Origin: Pelagomonas calceolata
Lineage: Eukaryota
Length of the DNA: 64,000 bases
NCBI GenBank assembly: GCA_918797485.1
Contig: CAKKNE010000001.1
Coordinates: forward strand, 620,001 to 684,000
Reading direction: 5' to 3'
The translations under genes were made by a program, and so were the position numbers. Shown piece by piece: positions 10,701 to 21,234 of the stretch. A model generated the notes under the pieces. The model made no database searches. It was not told the origin of the DNA and worked only from the letters and a program-made list of their open reading frames with translations. Every line of letters begins with the position of its first letter. Position 1 is the stretch's first letter.

Positions 10701-13552
10701 CCTTTCTTTGGGAGGGTTTCAGGCCGTCGACCACACAAGGAATAGATCGCTGGTTATCAGCTACCGAGAATAAAGATAACTCTTTGTGGACGAAGTCCTT
10801 GTACGCCAACGCGTCGACGCCGTAGTCGACAAACGCGCCGGGCTCCAAGGACCGCAGCCAGGTCTTCCGGTCCTCGACCCGTTTCTTGGAAAAGGCCATG
10901 TCCACCAAATCGCCGTCGCCTTCTCTCAGTAAATCGAAGTCCAACTGATGCGTCGCTAGGTCCGAGAAGTAGTCCCGCGCTTCCGCGGCTGTTGAGGTTC
11001 CTAAACCCTTGTAGTATTTTACAGAGAATTTGGACGCGTTGCTACCGATGGAGTCCTTCCAGGCCTCGTACTCGGGGACCTGCGTTGAACATGTGTCGCG
11101 GCGATGGCGTCGCGTCGCGACGGACGCCGCGATGAAACGGTGAAGAACGTCTTCGAGGGGCCCTTCTTGCTGTTGGAGGTCGCCTTGACGATGGGCGTGA
11201 TGAAGCACCGCAGGAAGCCCGGGATCTCGAGGAGCGAGGGCCAGAAGTGGTGGAGGCAGTTGATGAGCAGGCCCTTGATGTGGGACCTGCGTCGCGCGCG
11301 TCGACGGCGCGGCGCGTTGGGCGACCGAGGCCTCCACGCCGTCGCGGCGAGCGATCGTAGGGACGCCGCTCACAGCACCCGTCGTGGTCCTGGTCCGTCA
11401 TGATCATGAGGTGGCCGTAGCGCAGCGTCTTGATGTTCTCGGCCGTGTACTTCGTGCCGAAGCGCAGTCCTAAAATTTTGACGACGTTCTGGACCTGCGT
11501 TGCGGGACGCTCGTTCCAGGCGCGTCGGCGGCGTCAGCCTCTCGATGGACAACGAGCAAGCGTCCTCCCGCGACCGCGCTCTGACACGCCGCACGGCCCC
11601 GACGCGGCCCGAAACAGCTCAAAATCGGAAGATGGAGACGATTCATGAAGATGGCGTAAGGACGCCGCAAGCGCACTTCTTCATTCTTCATGATCGCCGC
11701 GTGCGACGCCTCGCGCACGTTCAGAGGTTTTCCTTTCAGAGGGAAGACGCCATATAAATCACGACCGACGACGCCCAACCCAGACACGGCCAAGGCCTTC
11801 GCCGAGTCGCCCTCCGTTAATATCAGAGTACAATCCTTGCCCTTCGCACCTCCAGCGCTATTAGCATCGTCCAACTTCGTGATGCCCGTCAGGCGCATCT
11901 TCTTCGACCCCCCCTTCCGCTTGAGCTGCTCGTCCTGCTTGAACTTCGTCCAGGCCAGGACGCGATCCACAACTCCCGACTTCTCGATGGCCTTCAGGAA
12001 CTTGTCCGGCAAGACAACTTTCGACCCGAAGGACCGTTCTTTGGTAGTGAGCGTCTCCTTCGTCTGCGAGTCGAACGCGGGATTCACGATCAACGCGTCC
12101 ACATAAACACAAAGGTGGGCTTTAATGAAGGCCGGCTTGACCTCCTGGCCCTTGTTCTTCTTCTTCACGGCTTTCGCGAGGAAGTCGCAGACCTTTTTGG
12201 CGACCGCGTCGACGTGCTGCCCTCCTTTTGAGGTACAAATACTGTTGACGAAGGATAGTTGCGTGAAGGTGCCGTCGGACGGCGCCACGCCCACGGTCCA
12301 GTTGTCGTCGAGCTTCTCCAGGGCCGCGGGGGGCTCGAGGCCGTCGTGCAGCTTCACGTACTGCGCAAAACTTTTAACTGGTACCCTTTCACCATTCAAC
12401 TCCACCTTCAAGCTCCCGTTGCCGTGGCACGACGACGACGCCGCGACATCATAAGCTCGCCGCGACAGCAGCCCCACCACGTCGTCATCCAAACAGTCCA
12501 TCTTGAACCGTTTGAGATCCGGCGTGAAGCTGACCCGGGTAAAGTCCTTCTTGCCCTTGTGTGTCGAAATCTGAGCTTCACCGACGGTCTTCGACATGTT
12601 CTTGACCCACGTCTGCTTCAGCTTCTTACCGGTCGAAGAGTCAGCCGTCTCGACCGTGAACGAGGTACTAAAAATGTTCGCGAGCTTGGCGCCGTAGCCG
12701 TTCCGGCCGCCCGTCGTCTTCTTCTCGTCGTCGTCAAAATTCGAACCCGTCAGCAAGTGCCCAAAGATCAGCTCGGGCACGTAGCAGTTGTGCTCGCTGT
12801 GGATCTGGACGGGGATGCCCTTCCCGTCGTTCGCCACGGAGATGGTATTCGACTCGCGGTCGATGTCGACCTTGATCGTCGTCATCGACGGGTCGCGCTG
12901 CTTGTTGTCCGCGGCGTTGACCATGATCTCGTCGAAGATCTTGAAGAGGCCCGGGACGTAGGTCGTCTGTTTCTTCACGATGCGCTTCGTTTTCGCGTCC
13001 AGGACCCACATGGGCTGCGTCGACTGCTCGATACTGCCGACATACGTGTCGGGCCGCAACAGAATGTGCTCGAGCTGCGTCTTCTTCTGGTAGGTCTGTT
13101 CTATTGTTTTCGTGCCCTTCTTCTTCGCCTTGGGCGCCTTGGGCGGCGGGCTGTTCGTGGCGTCGCCCTGCGTGATGGGAGTGGTTGTGTGCTGCGGCGT
13201 TTGTCGGCGCGAGCGGTGTGTGTGTGTGTGTGGCTACGTGCGGCGGCGCGCTGAGGCGCTGCGCGCTGCGGCGGCGTGCCGAGGGAGGCCCGCTGCGTGC
13301 CGCGGCGGCGGCGTTTGTGTGTGTGCAGGCGGCCGCAGAGCTGTGCCGCCGCGGTTTCGGTTTGTCCGCGGAGATGGCTTTTGGGGTGCCAGCCGCGGTG
13401 GCGGCGCTGCGGCGCTTCGCTGGGGCGCTGCGCGGCGGCCGGGGAGGGCCACCGGCGCCTCGCGCCCCGTTTTTTGTTGAGCCAAGTGCGGATGGCGTTA
13501 CAGCGTGCGCGCGCCCGTTTTCGACGCAGTGAAGTACCAGAACCGCCGCCAT
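7702..13552 (-). CDS. TOP2: DNA topoisomerase II; 10 inferred introns (13168-13537, 11495-11676, 11287-11378, 11080-11138, 9186-9246, 9073-9134, 8922-8981, 8817-8883, 8499-8574, 8015-8099)
   Basis: QLEHILLRPDTYVGS, GGRNGYGAKL, TEGDSA, PLKGK, MTDQDHDGSHIKGL, YYKGLGTS, SSRYIFT; splicing restores the frame throughout. Confidence 0.95.
11495..11676 (-). mobile_element. Introner family B intron (TOP2)
   Basis: Shares GCCATCTTCATGAAT and CGATTTTGAGC.GTTTCGG.CCGCGTCG with introns in unrelated genes. Confidence 0.7.
13217..13232. repeat. (GT/CA)n microsatellite in TOP2 intron 1
   Basis: gtgtgtgtgtgtgtg run. Confidence 0.8.
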
Positions 13553-13934
13553 GATGTCTGAGATTGCGTAGAGCGCTGCTCAACCGTGCGCGCTGCGCTG
13601 TAGCCGAGCACAGCCTGTGCTTCGTTTGCAACCGCAAAATCAATACCCGTCCGTTAGCAGCCGTCCTCAAACTCCCGGGACCCGTCTAGAATGCACCTAC
13701 AGGGCTCTACGAGAGGCCCTGGCGACGCCTGCTCGAAAAAATATCACGAGTCATCTCCGCAGCCAAAGCCGGCGACCCTGCCTTATTGGTCCCACGATAC
13801 GCCATCGCTGCGATCTGGACGACGAGACAGCTCTCAGAGACACGACAAACGAGTCCTGCGAACGCTAGCTGCATAACTGCGACGCGTAGTGCGAGCAGCT
13901 ACACGTATCAAAAAAGCGCTAAAAAAGCAGCAAA

Positions 13935-14651
13935 ATGGCGCTCAAATTCGCCGCGGGAGGCGCTCTCGCAGGAGTAGCGGCCTACGGCCTCTACCAGCTG
14001 AACCAGCCCAAGAAGGACCAGCTCAAGATGATTATTTCGGGCGGCCCCGGGAGCGGCAAAGGCACGCAGTGCGAGCTCTTAGTGAACAAGTACGGTTTGA
14101 AACATATTAGTACAGGAGACGCGCTCAGACATCACGTGAAGACGGGCACGGATTTAGGCCGAGAAGCCAAGGCCTACATGGAACGAGGCGACCTCGTACC
14201 TGATAGTCTCGTGATTGGCATCTGCAAGGCCGAGATGGAGACTTCTGAAGCGAAGAACAACGGCTGGCTCTTGGATGGTATGCCCCGGACGAAGGCCCAG
14301 TGCGACGCGCTGGAGGACATGGGTTTGGTGCCGAACTTGTTTCTGAGATTAGACGTTCCTGATGAGGTCATGATGGACCGCGCCTGCGGCCGGCGCCAGG
14401 ACCCCGTCACGCGCCAGATCTACCACGTCAAGTACAAGAAGCCTCCGACCGAGGAAATTGAAAAAAGGCTCGTGATTCGCAGTGACGACACGGTGGAGAA
14501 GATGACGAACCGCATCCGCCAGTACCACAAGAACACGACGGCCGTGTCTGGTTCGTACTCTGATAAATTGGTCGTCGTCGATGGCAATCGGGCGCCGAAG
14601 GAGGTGTTCCCGGCCGTGTGCGCCGCGATCGACAACGCGCTGGCGAAGTAG
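13935..14651 (+). CDS. ADK: Adenylate kinase
   Basis: GGPGSGKGTQ P-loop, HISTGD, LLDGMPRT, LID region RSDD. Confidence 0.95.
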   Translation: MALKFAAGGALAGVAAYGLYQLNQPKKDQLKMIISGGPGSGKGTQCELLVNKYGLKHISTGDALRHHVKTGTDLGREAKAYMERGDLVPDSLVIGICKAEMETSEAKNNGWLLDGMPRTKAQCDALEDMGLVPNLFLRLDVPDEVMMDRACGRRQDPVTRQIYHVKYKKPPTEEIEKRLVIRSDDTVEKMTNRIRQYHKNTTAVSGSYSDKLVVVDGNRAPKEVFPAVCAAIDNALAK

Positions 14652-14718
14652 GTTGGGGTCTGCGTAAGGTAGAGGGGCTAGGGCACTTCTGTACAAATTA
14701 CGCTAACAACAACAACAA

Positions 14719-15939
14719 CTAGCAGCCACGCCGAAGATACCCGCGGTGCACGGCCTCGGCCGCGGCGCGGCTCGAGGCATACGCCCCGAGGAACGAGCTC
14801 TGCGTGCAGTAGTCGCCGGCGAGGACGAGCGTCGAACTATCGTCGCAGACGCATGGCCCGCGGTCGACCGGGTTGCGCGGCCGGAGCGCCTCGAGCGGGG
14901 TGATCATCTGCGCGCAGTGCCACCGCACCGTCTTCGAGGACACGACGAGAGGCCGAAGCGCCGCGGCATCGATGGCGGCGAGGACGTCGGCGACGCTGAG
15001 CTGCTGCGCTACGGCGGCGGCGGCTGCCGAATGGGCGACAACGGCGACGACGGGTCCACCGCGACCGTGGCGGTGCACAAGCTCAAGACCACCGAGTCCG
15101 TCGCGCTCGACGCTACCGCCGAACACTCGGTCGAGAACCCTCGACGCCTCACCATCATCGTCACGGAGGAAAACCGCGGTCGCCGTGCGCGCGTCGTATC
15201 TCGTGCGGCGAACGAGATCAGCGAGTTCCGACGGGAGCGCGTCGGCGACGCCGTCGATGGCGAGCGCGTCCGGCGCCGGCACCGCGAGCACGACCGCATC
15301 AAACGTCGCGCGAGCGGGAGTGGCGATGCCATCGCCGTCGCGCTGCGCTGCGGCGACGACGAACGTAGCATCGCGCTCGAGGCCATCGACACGGCGCCCA
15401 AAGTGCACCGCATCGGGCCGCGCGTCGGCGAGCAGGGCCGCGCACACGTCGCTCAGCGACCCGACGGCAGCGTATTGGCGCCAGAGCTCAGGCCAGAGCA
15501 GGCGCTCCTCGGTCGGCGCGAGCTGTTCGTCTCCTACCGGTTCGACGAGACCCCGCGCCGCGAGCGCCTGAACCTCGGCCCACGCGCCGTCGAGCGCGTC
15601 TCGCGTGATGCCGTGACCCGGCAACGCACGCGGATCCCGCGGATCGACGACCGAGAGCACCTGGGCACCGAGGTCGACGCGCAGCTCGCCTACCTTTGCG
15701 ACGGCGCCGAAGCGGCCCGCGGTGTAGGTCGCCCGCTCCCAGACGTGCAGCTCTGCCGAAGCGCCGAAGCGCCGTCGCAGCTCTTTGGCTGCGAGGCACC
15801 CGCCGAGGCCCGCGCCGACGACGAGGACGCGATACGGCTGCTCGTCCATGTTGCTGTCGCCGCGCGCTGCGTAAGTGGCGAGCGCCGCAGCGGTCGCGCT
15901 GCGGGCGCTGACCGCGCGCGCAAATGCCATCATTCTCAT
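14719..15939 (-). CDS. Renalase-like FAD-dependent oxidoreductase
   Basis: VLVVGAGLGG, DLGAQ and LAGDY...GAYAS motifs; start uncertain. Confidence 0.8.
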   Translation of the reverse strand: MRMMAFARAVSARSATAAALATYAARGDSNMDEQPYRVLVVGAGLGGCLAAKELRRRFGASAELHVWERATYTAGRFGAVAKVGELRVDLGAQVLSVVDPRDPRALPGHGITRDALDGAWAEVQALAARGLVEPVGDEQLAPTEERLLWPELWRQYAAVGSLSDVCAALLADARPDAVHFGRRVDGLERDATFVVAAAQRDGDGIATPARATFDAVVLAVPAPDALAIDGVADALPSELADLVRRTRYDARTATAVFLRDDDGEASRVLDRVFGGSVERDGLGGLELVHRHGRGGPVVAVVAHSAAAAAVAQQLSVADVLAAIDAAALRPLVVSSKTVRWHCAQMITPLEALRPRNPVDRGPCVCDDSSTLVLAGDYCTQSSFLGAYASSRAAAEAVHRGYLRRGC

Positions 15940-16315
15940 GTGCCTACGGCTGCGACGCACGCACAGCAGCCGTGGGTCCTGTGCATTTGTGGTCGCTCGC
16001 TCAGCCTCGCCTGCTGATCTATGCTGGCTCACCAACTGTGCGGAGTGCCGACGAGCGATTTTTGGATCGCTTCGACGGTCGGCGCCGAGAGCTAGGTCGG
16101 CGGACGCGCGGCAGAGACTGCTTGCTCCACGCTGCTGCAGAGCTTGGCTGGAGAGCTGCACCTGAAACGCCGTCCGTCTTGAACGCCACGAGTTTAACGC
16201 ATGCGCAGCACGAGTTATTGATCGATTGACGCTCGTGCGACGACTATTGGCAGGCAAGCGGGTGTACACAGCATTGCTGCAAAGCATTGCACATGCTCCA
16301 GAGCAAAAGCAAAAT

Positions 16316-17089
16316 ATGAAGCGCGCCCGGGACGACGGCGCCGCCGCCGCGGCAGCGAAAACCAAAAAAAAACGCCGCAAGAAGAAGAAAGCCGCGGACA
16401 GCTGGACGCAACCCACGGCGCGCCACGCCTTCGAGGTCACGCAGACGTCGGACCACGCCGAGACCCCGGTCAACGCCTACGAGGACCTGGCGCCCTTCAT
16501 GCGGGCCGTCGGCGGGCGCGTCTACGACCCCTACTATTGTGATGGAGGCGTGGTCCGGCGGCTCCAGGCACTGGGATTTCGCGACGTAATAAACGAGAAC
16601 CGAGACTTCTACGCGGACGTCTCGAAGGGCACGGTGCCGAGTCACGCAGTGCTCGTGACGAACCCGCCCTACAGCGGCGACCACGTCGACCGCTTGATTT
16701 CGCACGTCGTCGCCGCGAAGACGCCCTTCGCGCTGCTGATCCCGACGTACTACCTGGGCCGCGACGTCTGGCGCCGCGCTGCCTCGCAATTGTCGCCGCC
16801 GCCGTTCTACGTGTGCCCGCACCGGCGCTACGCGTACCTGCCGCCCGCGTGGGCCCGAGGGGCGGCGGCCGCGCGGACGACGGCGCCCTTCACGACGGCG
16901 TGGTTTTGCTGGCGGCCGGAGGGACCATCCGGCCTCGACTTCTCGGGCCGCGTCGACGTGTTCCGGAGCGTGGCGTCCGTCGCGTCCCAGTACCGCGACG
17001 TCACCGACTCCCTCAAAAAGCGCCCGAACCCGAAGGCCCGCAAGCGCCAGAAGGCGGCGCGCCAGGCGCGGGCGAAGGCGTACTCGTAA
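16316..17089 (+). CDS. Putative N6-adenine/amino methyltransferase (NPPY)
   Basis: VYDPYYCDG motif I-like, VTNPPYS motif IV, PFALLIP; Lys-rich NLS-like termini. Confidence 0.65.
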   Translation: MKRARDDGAAAAAAKTKKKRRKKKKAADSWTQPTARHAFEVTQTSDHAETPVNAYEDLAPFMRAVGGRVYDPYYCDGGVVRRLQALGFRDVINENRDFYADVSKGTVPSHAVLVTNPPYSGDHVDRLISHVVAAKTPFALLIPTYYLGRDVWRRAASQLSPPPFYVCPHRRYAYLPPAWARGAAAARTTAPFTTAWFCWRPEGPSGLDFSGRVDVFRSVASVASQYRDVTDSLKKRPNPKARKRQKAARQARAKAYS

Positions 17090-17103
17090 GTTGTTCACAT
17101 AAC

Positions 17104-17340
17104 TTAGTCCGGAGGTTTTCGCTTGAGCCGTCCACCACTCAGCGGCGCCGGCAGCGCGCCTGTCGCGACAAGAACAAGATAGGAAGATACGACGAAGCCC
17201 GTGTACGACACGAGGGCGATGACCTTCGAGGCCGTCGACAGCGGCCGCGGCGGCGGCCTTTTTTCCTCGGTCGGCGGCGGCGGCGCCCATTTCTTCCGGT
17301 GGCGCGCGGCGCGCGTGGCGAGGCGCCTTATCCCAATCAT
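17104..17340 (-). CDS. Small (78 aa) single-TM protein with presequence-like N-terminus
   Basis: MIGIRRLATRAARHRKK...VIALVSYTGFVVSSYLVLVATG; its ATG overlaps the upstream TGA. Confidence 0.45.
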   Translation of the reverse strand: MIGIRRLATRAARHRKKWAPPPPTEEKRPPPRPLSTASKVIALVSYTGFVVSSYLVLVATGALPAPLSGGRLKRKPPD

Positions 17341-17555
17341 GCCTTCTTCTTCTTGGTTCGCGCCTTCCGTCGCTCGTCCCACAGAATGTAGCCAAACACT
17401 AACACCTGCGCCGTGATCAACCCGAGCACGGCCGCGATAAATTTCGGCTCCTGCAGGATGGAGAGGTCGAAGAGCGGGTCCTCCTCTCCTTCCTTCTGCT
17501 CCGGGACGAGCTCGCTGTACCACCAGCCCTCGCCCTGCTGGCGGACGACTGGCAT
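17337..17555 (-). CDS. Small (72 aa) single-TM protein
   Basis: FIAAVLGLITAQVLVFGYILW TM segment followed by a basic tail; lies just downstream of a promoter motif. Confidence 0.55.
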   Translation of the reverse strand: MPVVRQQGEGWWYSELVPEQKEGEEDPLFDLSILQEPKFIAAVLGLITAQVLVFGYILWDERRKARTKKKKA

Positions 17556-17736
17556 TCGCGTCGCTGGCGTCGCGCTGGACAGGCACCAGGCAAAGCAGGC
17601 AAAGGAGAGCAGACAGCACTAAAAGCAGTGGTGCTGCCTCTCCAGTGCCAAGATTAGTGATAAATGCTATTACCAGAGACGTGCAGTAACCACTGGTTGT
17701 GCTGTTTGAGCGCCGTAAAGCCAAGCAGCTTGTTTT

Positions 17737-17760
17737 GCTAGTGTCTTACATTACGCTAGC
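17737..17760 (-). promoter_or_regulatory. Paired-CTAG upstream motif (divergent promoter)
   Basis: Reverse complement GCTAGCGTAATGTAAGACACTAGC. Confidence 0.65.
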
Positions 17761-17941
17761 CTGCAATTTTTTGGCCTGCGCAAGGCGAGCTTGTAGAGCC
17801 GCTCCAGCCCACACGCCAGCACGCCTCGGCCCCGCTGCCACCGCTGACCCGTCCTGCCGACCACTTTTTGCAAAGCAAAGACGCACAGCTACCAGCACAA
17901 ATCAGACAGCCGACGCCGCCGCCGCGACCAGCTAGAAAACC

Positions 17942-18664
17942 ATGTCCTTCATCCTGAACTGCTTCTCGTCGCCGCCGAAGCCCCACGCTTTGATACTAGC
18001 GCGGGGCGGCAGCAAGGGCATCCCGCGCAAGAATATTAAGCCGATGAACGGCGTGCCTCTTCTAGTATATAACGTCAAAGCTTGTCTAGCGTCGGGCGCC
18101 TTTGAAAAAGTTGTGGTCTCGTCGGACGACGACGAGATTCTAGAAATAGCAGTCAAGGCCGGCGCCGTCGCCCATAAACGATCGGCCGAGTCGGCCAAGG
18201 ACACGGCCTCCTCCGAAAGCGGGCTCTTCGACTATTGCGACACGGTCCCCGAGTTGGTCTCGTGCGCGCTGGTGCAGTGCACGTCTCCGCTCACAACAGC
18301 GGAGGACTTCCGGAACGGCGTGATGAAGTTCCATTCTTCTGGAGCGGACTCGCTCGTGACCGTGGTCCGAGCCCATCGGTTTTTGTGGTCAATCAAAGAT
18401 GGCCAGGCCGTGCCCCAAAACTACGACCCCGTCAAGCGCCCGCGGCGCCAGGACTGGAATGGGGAATTGATCGAGAACGGCGCCTTCTACGTCTTCAAGA
18501 CCCAAGCTCTGAGGGATTCCGGTAGTCGCTTATCGGGCAAGATCGCGGCCTTCGAGATGAGCGAGGATACGTTGGCTGAGATAGACACCCCCACCGACTG
18601 GGCCATCATTGAAGGTTTGGTCGCGGCGAAGTTTGGAAAAACGCCGCGGACGTGGGGGTTTTAA
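17942..18664 (+). CDS. CMP-N-acylneuraminate/Kdn cytidylyltransferase (CMAS/NeuA-like)
   Basis: ILARGGSKGIPRKNI, QCTSP, RPRRQD, ENGAFY, EIDTPTD. Confidence 0.9.
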   Translation: MSFILNCFSSPPKPHALILARGGSKGIPRKNIKPMNGVPLLVYNVKACLASGAFEKVVVSSDDDEILEIAVKAGAVAHKRSAESAKDTASSESGLFDYCDTVPELVSCALVQCTSPLTTAEDFRNGVMKFHSSGADSLVTVVRAHRFLWSIKDGQAVPQNYDPVKRPRRQDWNGELIENGAFYVFKTQALRDSGSRLSGKIAAFEMSEDTLAEIDTPTDWAIIEGLVAAKFGKTPRTWGF

Positions 18665-18941
18665 GTATGCTTCGGTGTGATGAGTTGTCGCGGCGATGGC
18701 GTCGAGAGAGGTGTCTCTGTTGCGGTGTCGAGAATAGTGGAGGGAGCCTCTCCATGGGATTATTTTTACGAACTTGGCTAGATCATAGACACACTAGCCC
18801 AAATCATCGAGCTGCGCTGGCTTCGTCGTCTCCGCCACTGCGTGCACCTGGACTGTATAACTGCTCCTGAATAACTCCAAAGGCTTCCTTACCATCCGAA
18901 GCACCGGTGAAACCAGCCGCAGACCACGCGTCGGGCTCAAC

Positions 18942-19466
18942 ATGCTCTCTCTGCTTGTTTCCTTTCTCAGCTGCGGGGCGGCGCTGAGGCCAGCGGTGGC
19001 GCCGCGCATGGGCGCCATCCCCACCGTCGAGGAGCGCACGACGACGGCGCGCCCGAAATACAACGTCGGCTCCGCATCGACGCGCGGCTCGGCCGTCCGC
19101 CAGGGGCCGAGCGACTTCGAGTGGGCCATCGACGCCGACGCGTCGCGCAACGACGGCGACAACTTCCACATCCTTTTGTTAAATGAGACGTTCGCCAAGC
19201 CGCGCATGTCCGTGGCCTACGCCGCCGGCGCGCTCACGCTCGTCTTGGCCATGCCCGAGCCCGACGCCATCGAGCACGCGGGCTTCGCGCAAGCGCAAGG
19301 GTTTTCGTGTCTCGGGACGTGGCGCAAGGACGAGTGTTTGGAGCTGTGCGAGCAGCTCCGGGGGCGCGACCTGAGCGTGCGCGCGCTGCCGGGCGTGCGC
19401 GGGCGCCAGGCGTGGCAGGGGGAGCCGGCGAACACGTCGCCCGACGCGCTGCCGTCGGCGCCTTGA
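18942..19466 (+). CDS. Plastid-targeted ClpS-like protein (divergent)
   Basis: Signal peptide MLSLLVSFLSCGAALRP; FHILLLN...LTLVLAMPEPDA...QGFSCLGTW fits the ClpS fold pattern. Confidence 0.55.
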   Translation: MLSLLVSFLSCGAALRPAVAPRMGAIPTVEERTTTARPKYNVGSASTRGSAVRQGPSDFEWAIDADASRNDGDNFHILLLNETFAKPRMSVAYAAGALTLVLAMPEPDAIEHAGFAQAQGFSCLGTWRKDECLELCEQLRGRDLSVRALPGVRGRQAWQGEPANTSPDALPSAP

Positions 19467-19623
19467 TCTGTCAATTCGTGGTCCCTCTCGGAAGGGGTCG
19501 GCACTGTAAATTTATACGTAATAGACTTATATTCAAGGTGTCGCGTCGATGGCGTAGAAGCGGTGTGCACCGCCTCCTCCACGCCATCGAGCAGACGCAG
19601 CGCCAGGGACAAAGGAGGTCCTA

Positions 19624-20784
19624 CTAGGCGTCGAGGTCGTGCACGTAGACGACCTCCCCGTTGAGGTGCGCCTCGGCGACCGTCCTTTCTAACAACTCGC
19701 CGTCCAGCTCGCGCATCGGGTAGTGCGTCGCCAGGCCGTAGTTCATCTGAGGTAAACCCGCGTCCTGGCGGTGGCAGTCGACGAAGTCGCGCAACAACGC
19801 CACTTGATCCGTCAGCAGGAAGCGCCGGTCGACGCGCGCGCCGTCGGGAAACTGCACGCGCACGCGCGCTGTACCAGAACCGGGAGGCGGCTCCGTGCCT
19901 AACCGAGCCCTCCGCAAGGACTCGGCCTGGGCCGCCTCGAGCTCGGCCTGCTCTCTCGCTTCCCTTTCGGCCCGCGCTACACGTTCCGCTTCCTCGCGCT
20001 CGGCCTGGCGCTGCGCCTCCCTCAACCGGTCGCGTTCCAGCCCCTCCTGGTAGTCCCGGTCCTGCTCCGTCCGCAACCGTCTCGCTTCTTGCCGCGCGCG
20101 CTGCTTGCGTCGCAACGCCTGTAACACACCTCTTTGTTGAGTCAGCGCCCCGTCGAGCGTCGCCACGAGCGCGTCACCATCCGAGGGCGCGCCGTGAATA
20201 CTCGCGACCACTTTTTCACCAGCCTCGTCGCAGATCACGATCGCTAAAAACGGGAACCGCGTCGCGCCCAGTGAATCCGATAAAGCGTGGCCGTCGGCCG
20301 AATTTACGGAAGCGCCCCACAACACGAAGCGCTGTCTACAAAAACCCTGGAACTGGGCGGACGTTAGGCCTCGGCAGAAGTCTTCCGAATCTTGATGTAA
20401 GGGCGAGTGGAGGTAGATCAGCAACAGTTTCGACTGCGACGCCGCCGACGACGCCGCCTGGCGGTAGGAGTCGGCGTAGAACGCCACCGGGGGGCACTCC
20501 AGCCGCTCGCACAGCTTCCTGTAGTCCTGTGCGAAGGCCCTCGCTGCACTTCTACCCACAGCACCCAGCCGCGGCTTCGTTAATAGTCGAGCGACCTTCG
20601 TGATCCAGCCGCGCGGGCCCTGTTCCTGGCGCCTTCTTGCCGCCGCCGCCTCCATCTCCCGCCGCAGCTCTTCCTCGAAGCGCCGCTCCGCCTCGGCCTC
20701 GTCGTCCTCTTCTTCTTCCTCCTCTTCCTCGCTCTCCTCCTCCTCCTCCTCCTCGTCCTCGTCGCGGTCGTCGTCGTCGTTCAT
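19624..20784 (-). CDS. UAS-UBX domain protein (FAF2/UBXD8-like)
   Basis: KLLLIYLHSPLH UAS domain, LRTEQDRDY coiled coil, RVQFPDGARVDRRF...THYP UBX domain. Confidence 0.9.
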   Translation of the reverse strand: MNDDDDRDEDEEEEEEESEEEEEEEEDDEAEAERRFEEELRREMEAAAARRRQEQGPRGWITKVARLLTKPRLGAVGRSAARAFAQDYRKLCERLECPPVAFYADSYRQAASSAASQSKLLLIYLHSPLHQDSEDFCRGLTSAQFQGFCRQRFVLWGASVNSADGHALSDSLGATRFPFLAIVICDEAGEKVVASIHGAPSDGDALVATLDGALTQQRGVLQALRRKQRARQEARRLRTEQDRDYQEGLERDRLREAQRQAEREEAERVARAEREAREQAELEAAQAESLRRARLGTEPPPGSGTARVRVQFPDGARVDRRFLLTDQVALLRDFVDCHRQDAGLPQMNYGLATHYPMRELDGELLERTVAEAHLNGEVVYVHDLDA

Positions 20785-21234
20785 TGTTGGGCTTGCGTGC
20801 GACCGGCCAGTCGCGTCGGGCTCCGTTTGGGGTTTTTGCGCGGGCCGCGTGCGTTCGCGTCTCTGGTGCTCTTTATGAGAGCCCTTTTTTTTGGCGGCTG
20901 TGCGTCCGCAGCGCGGGCGTTCTTTGCTGTCTGTCGGACCAGGCCGATGATATGGATCGGTGGCGGGTGCCTTTCGCTCGCGCGAGCTCTTGTATGCGCA
21001 GCGCGGTGCCTTTGGTGCTTTGCTGTAATGCTAGTATGTCAAGCTAGGGTGCAAAACATAATCACGGCCTTCTCGCGGGCGCGTGCCAATCCAGACAGTT
21101 CTCCGCGGTCAATCCACGCGAAAACGAGCAGTGCAGGGTAAGCATTGCGCCCGCAACGGCACGCATCACAGCCGCGAGCTATCATCTCAAGGACACAGCT
21201 CTCCCAGCAGCAGAGCCATCCAAACAAGCACCAC

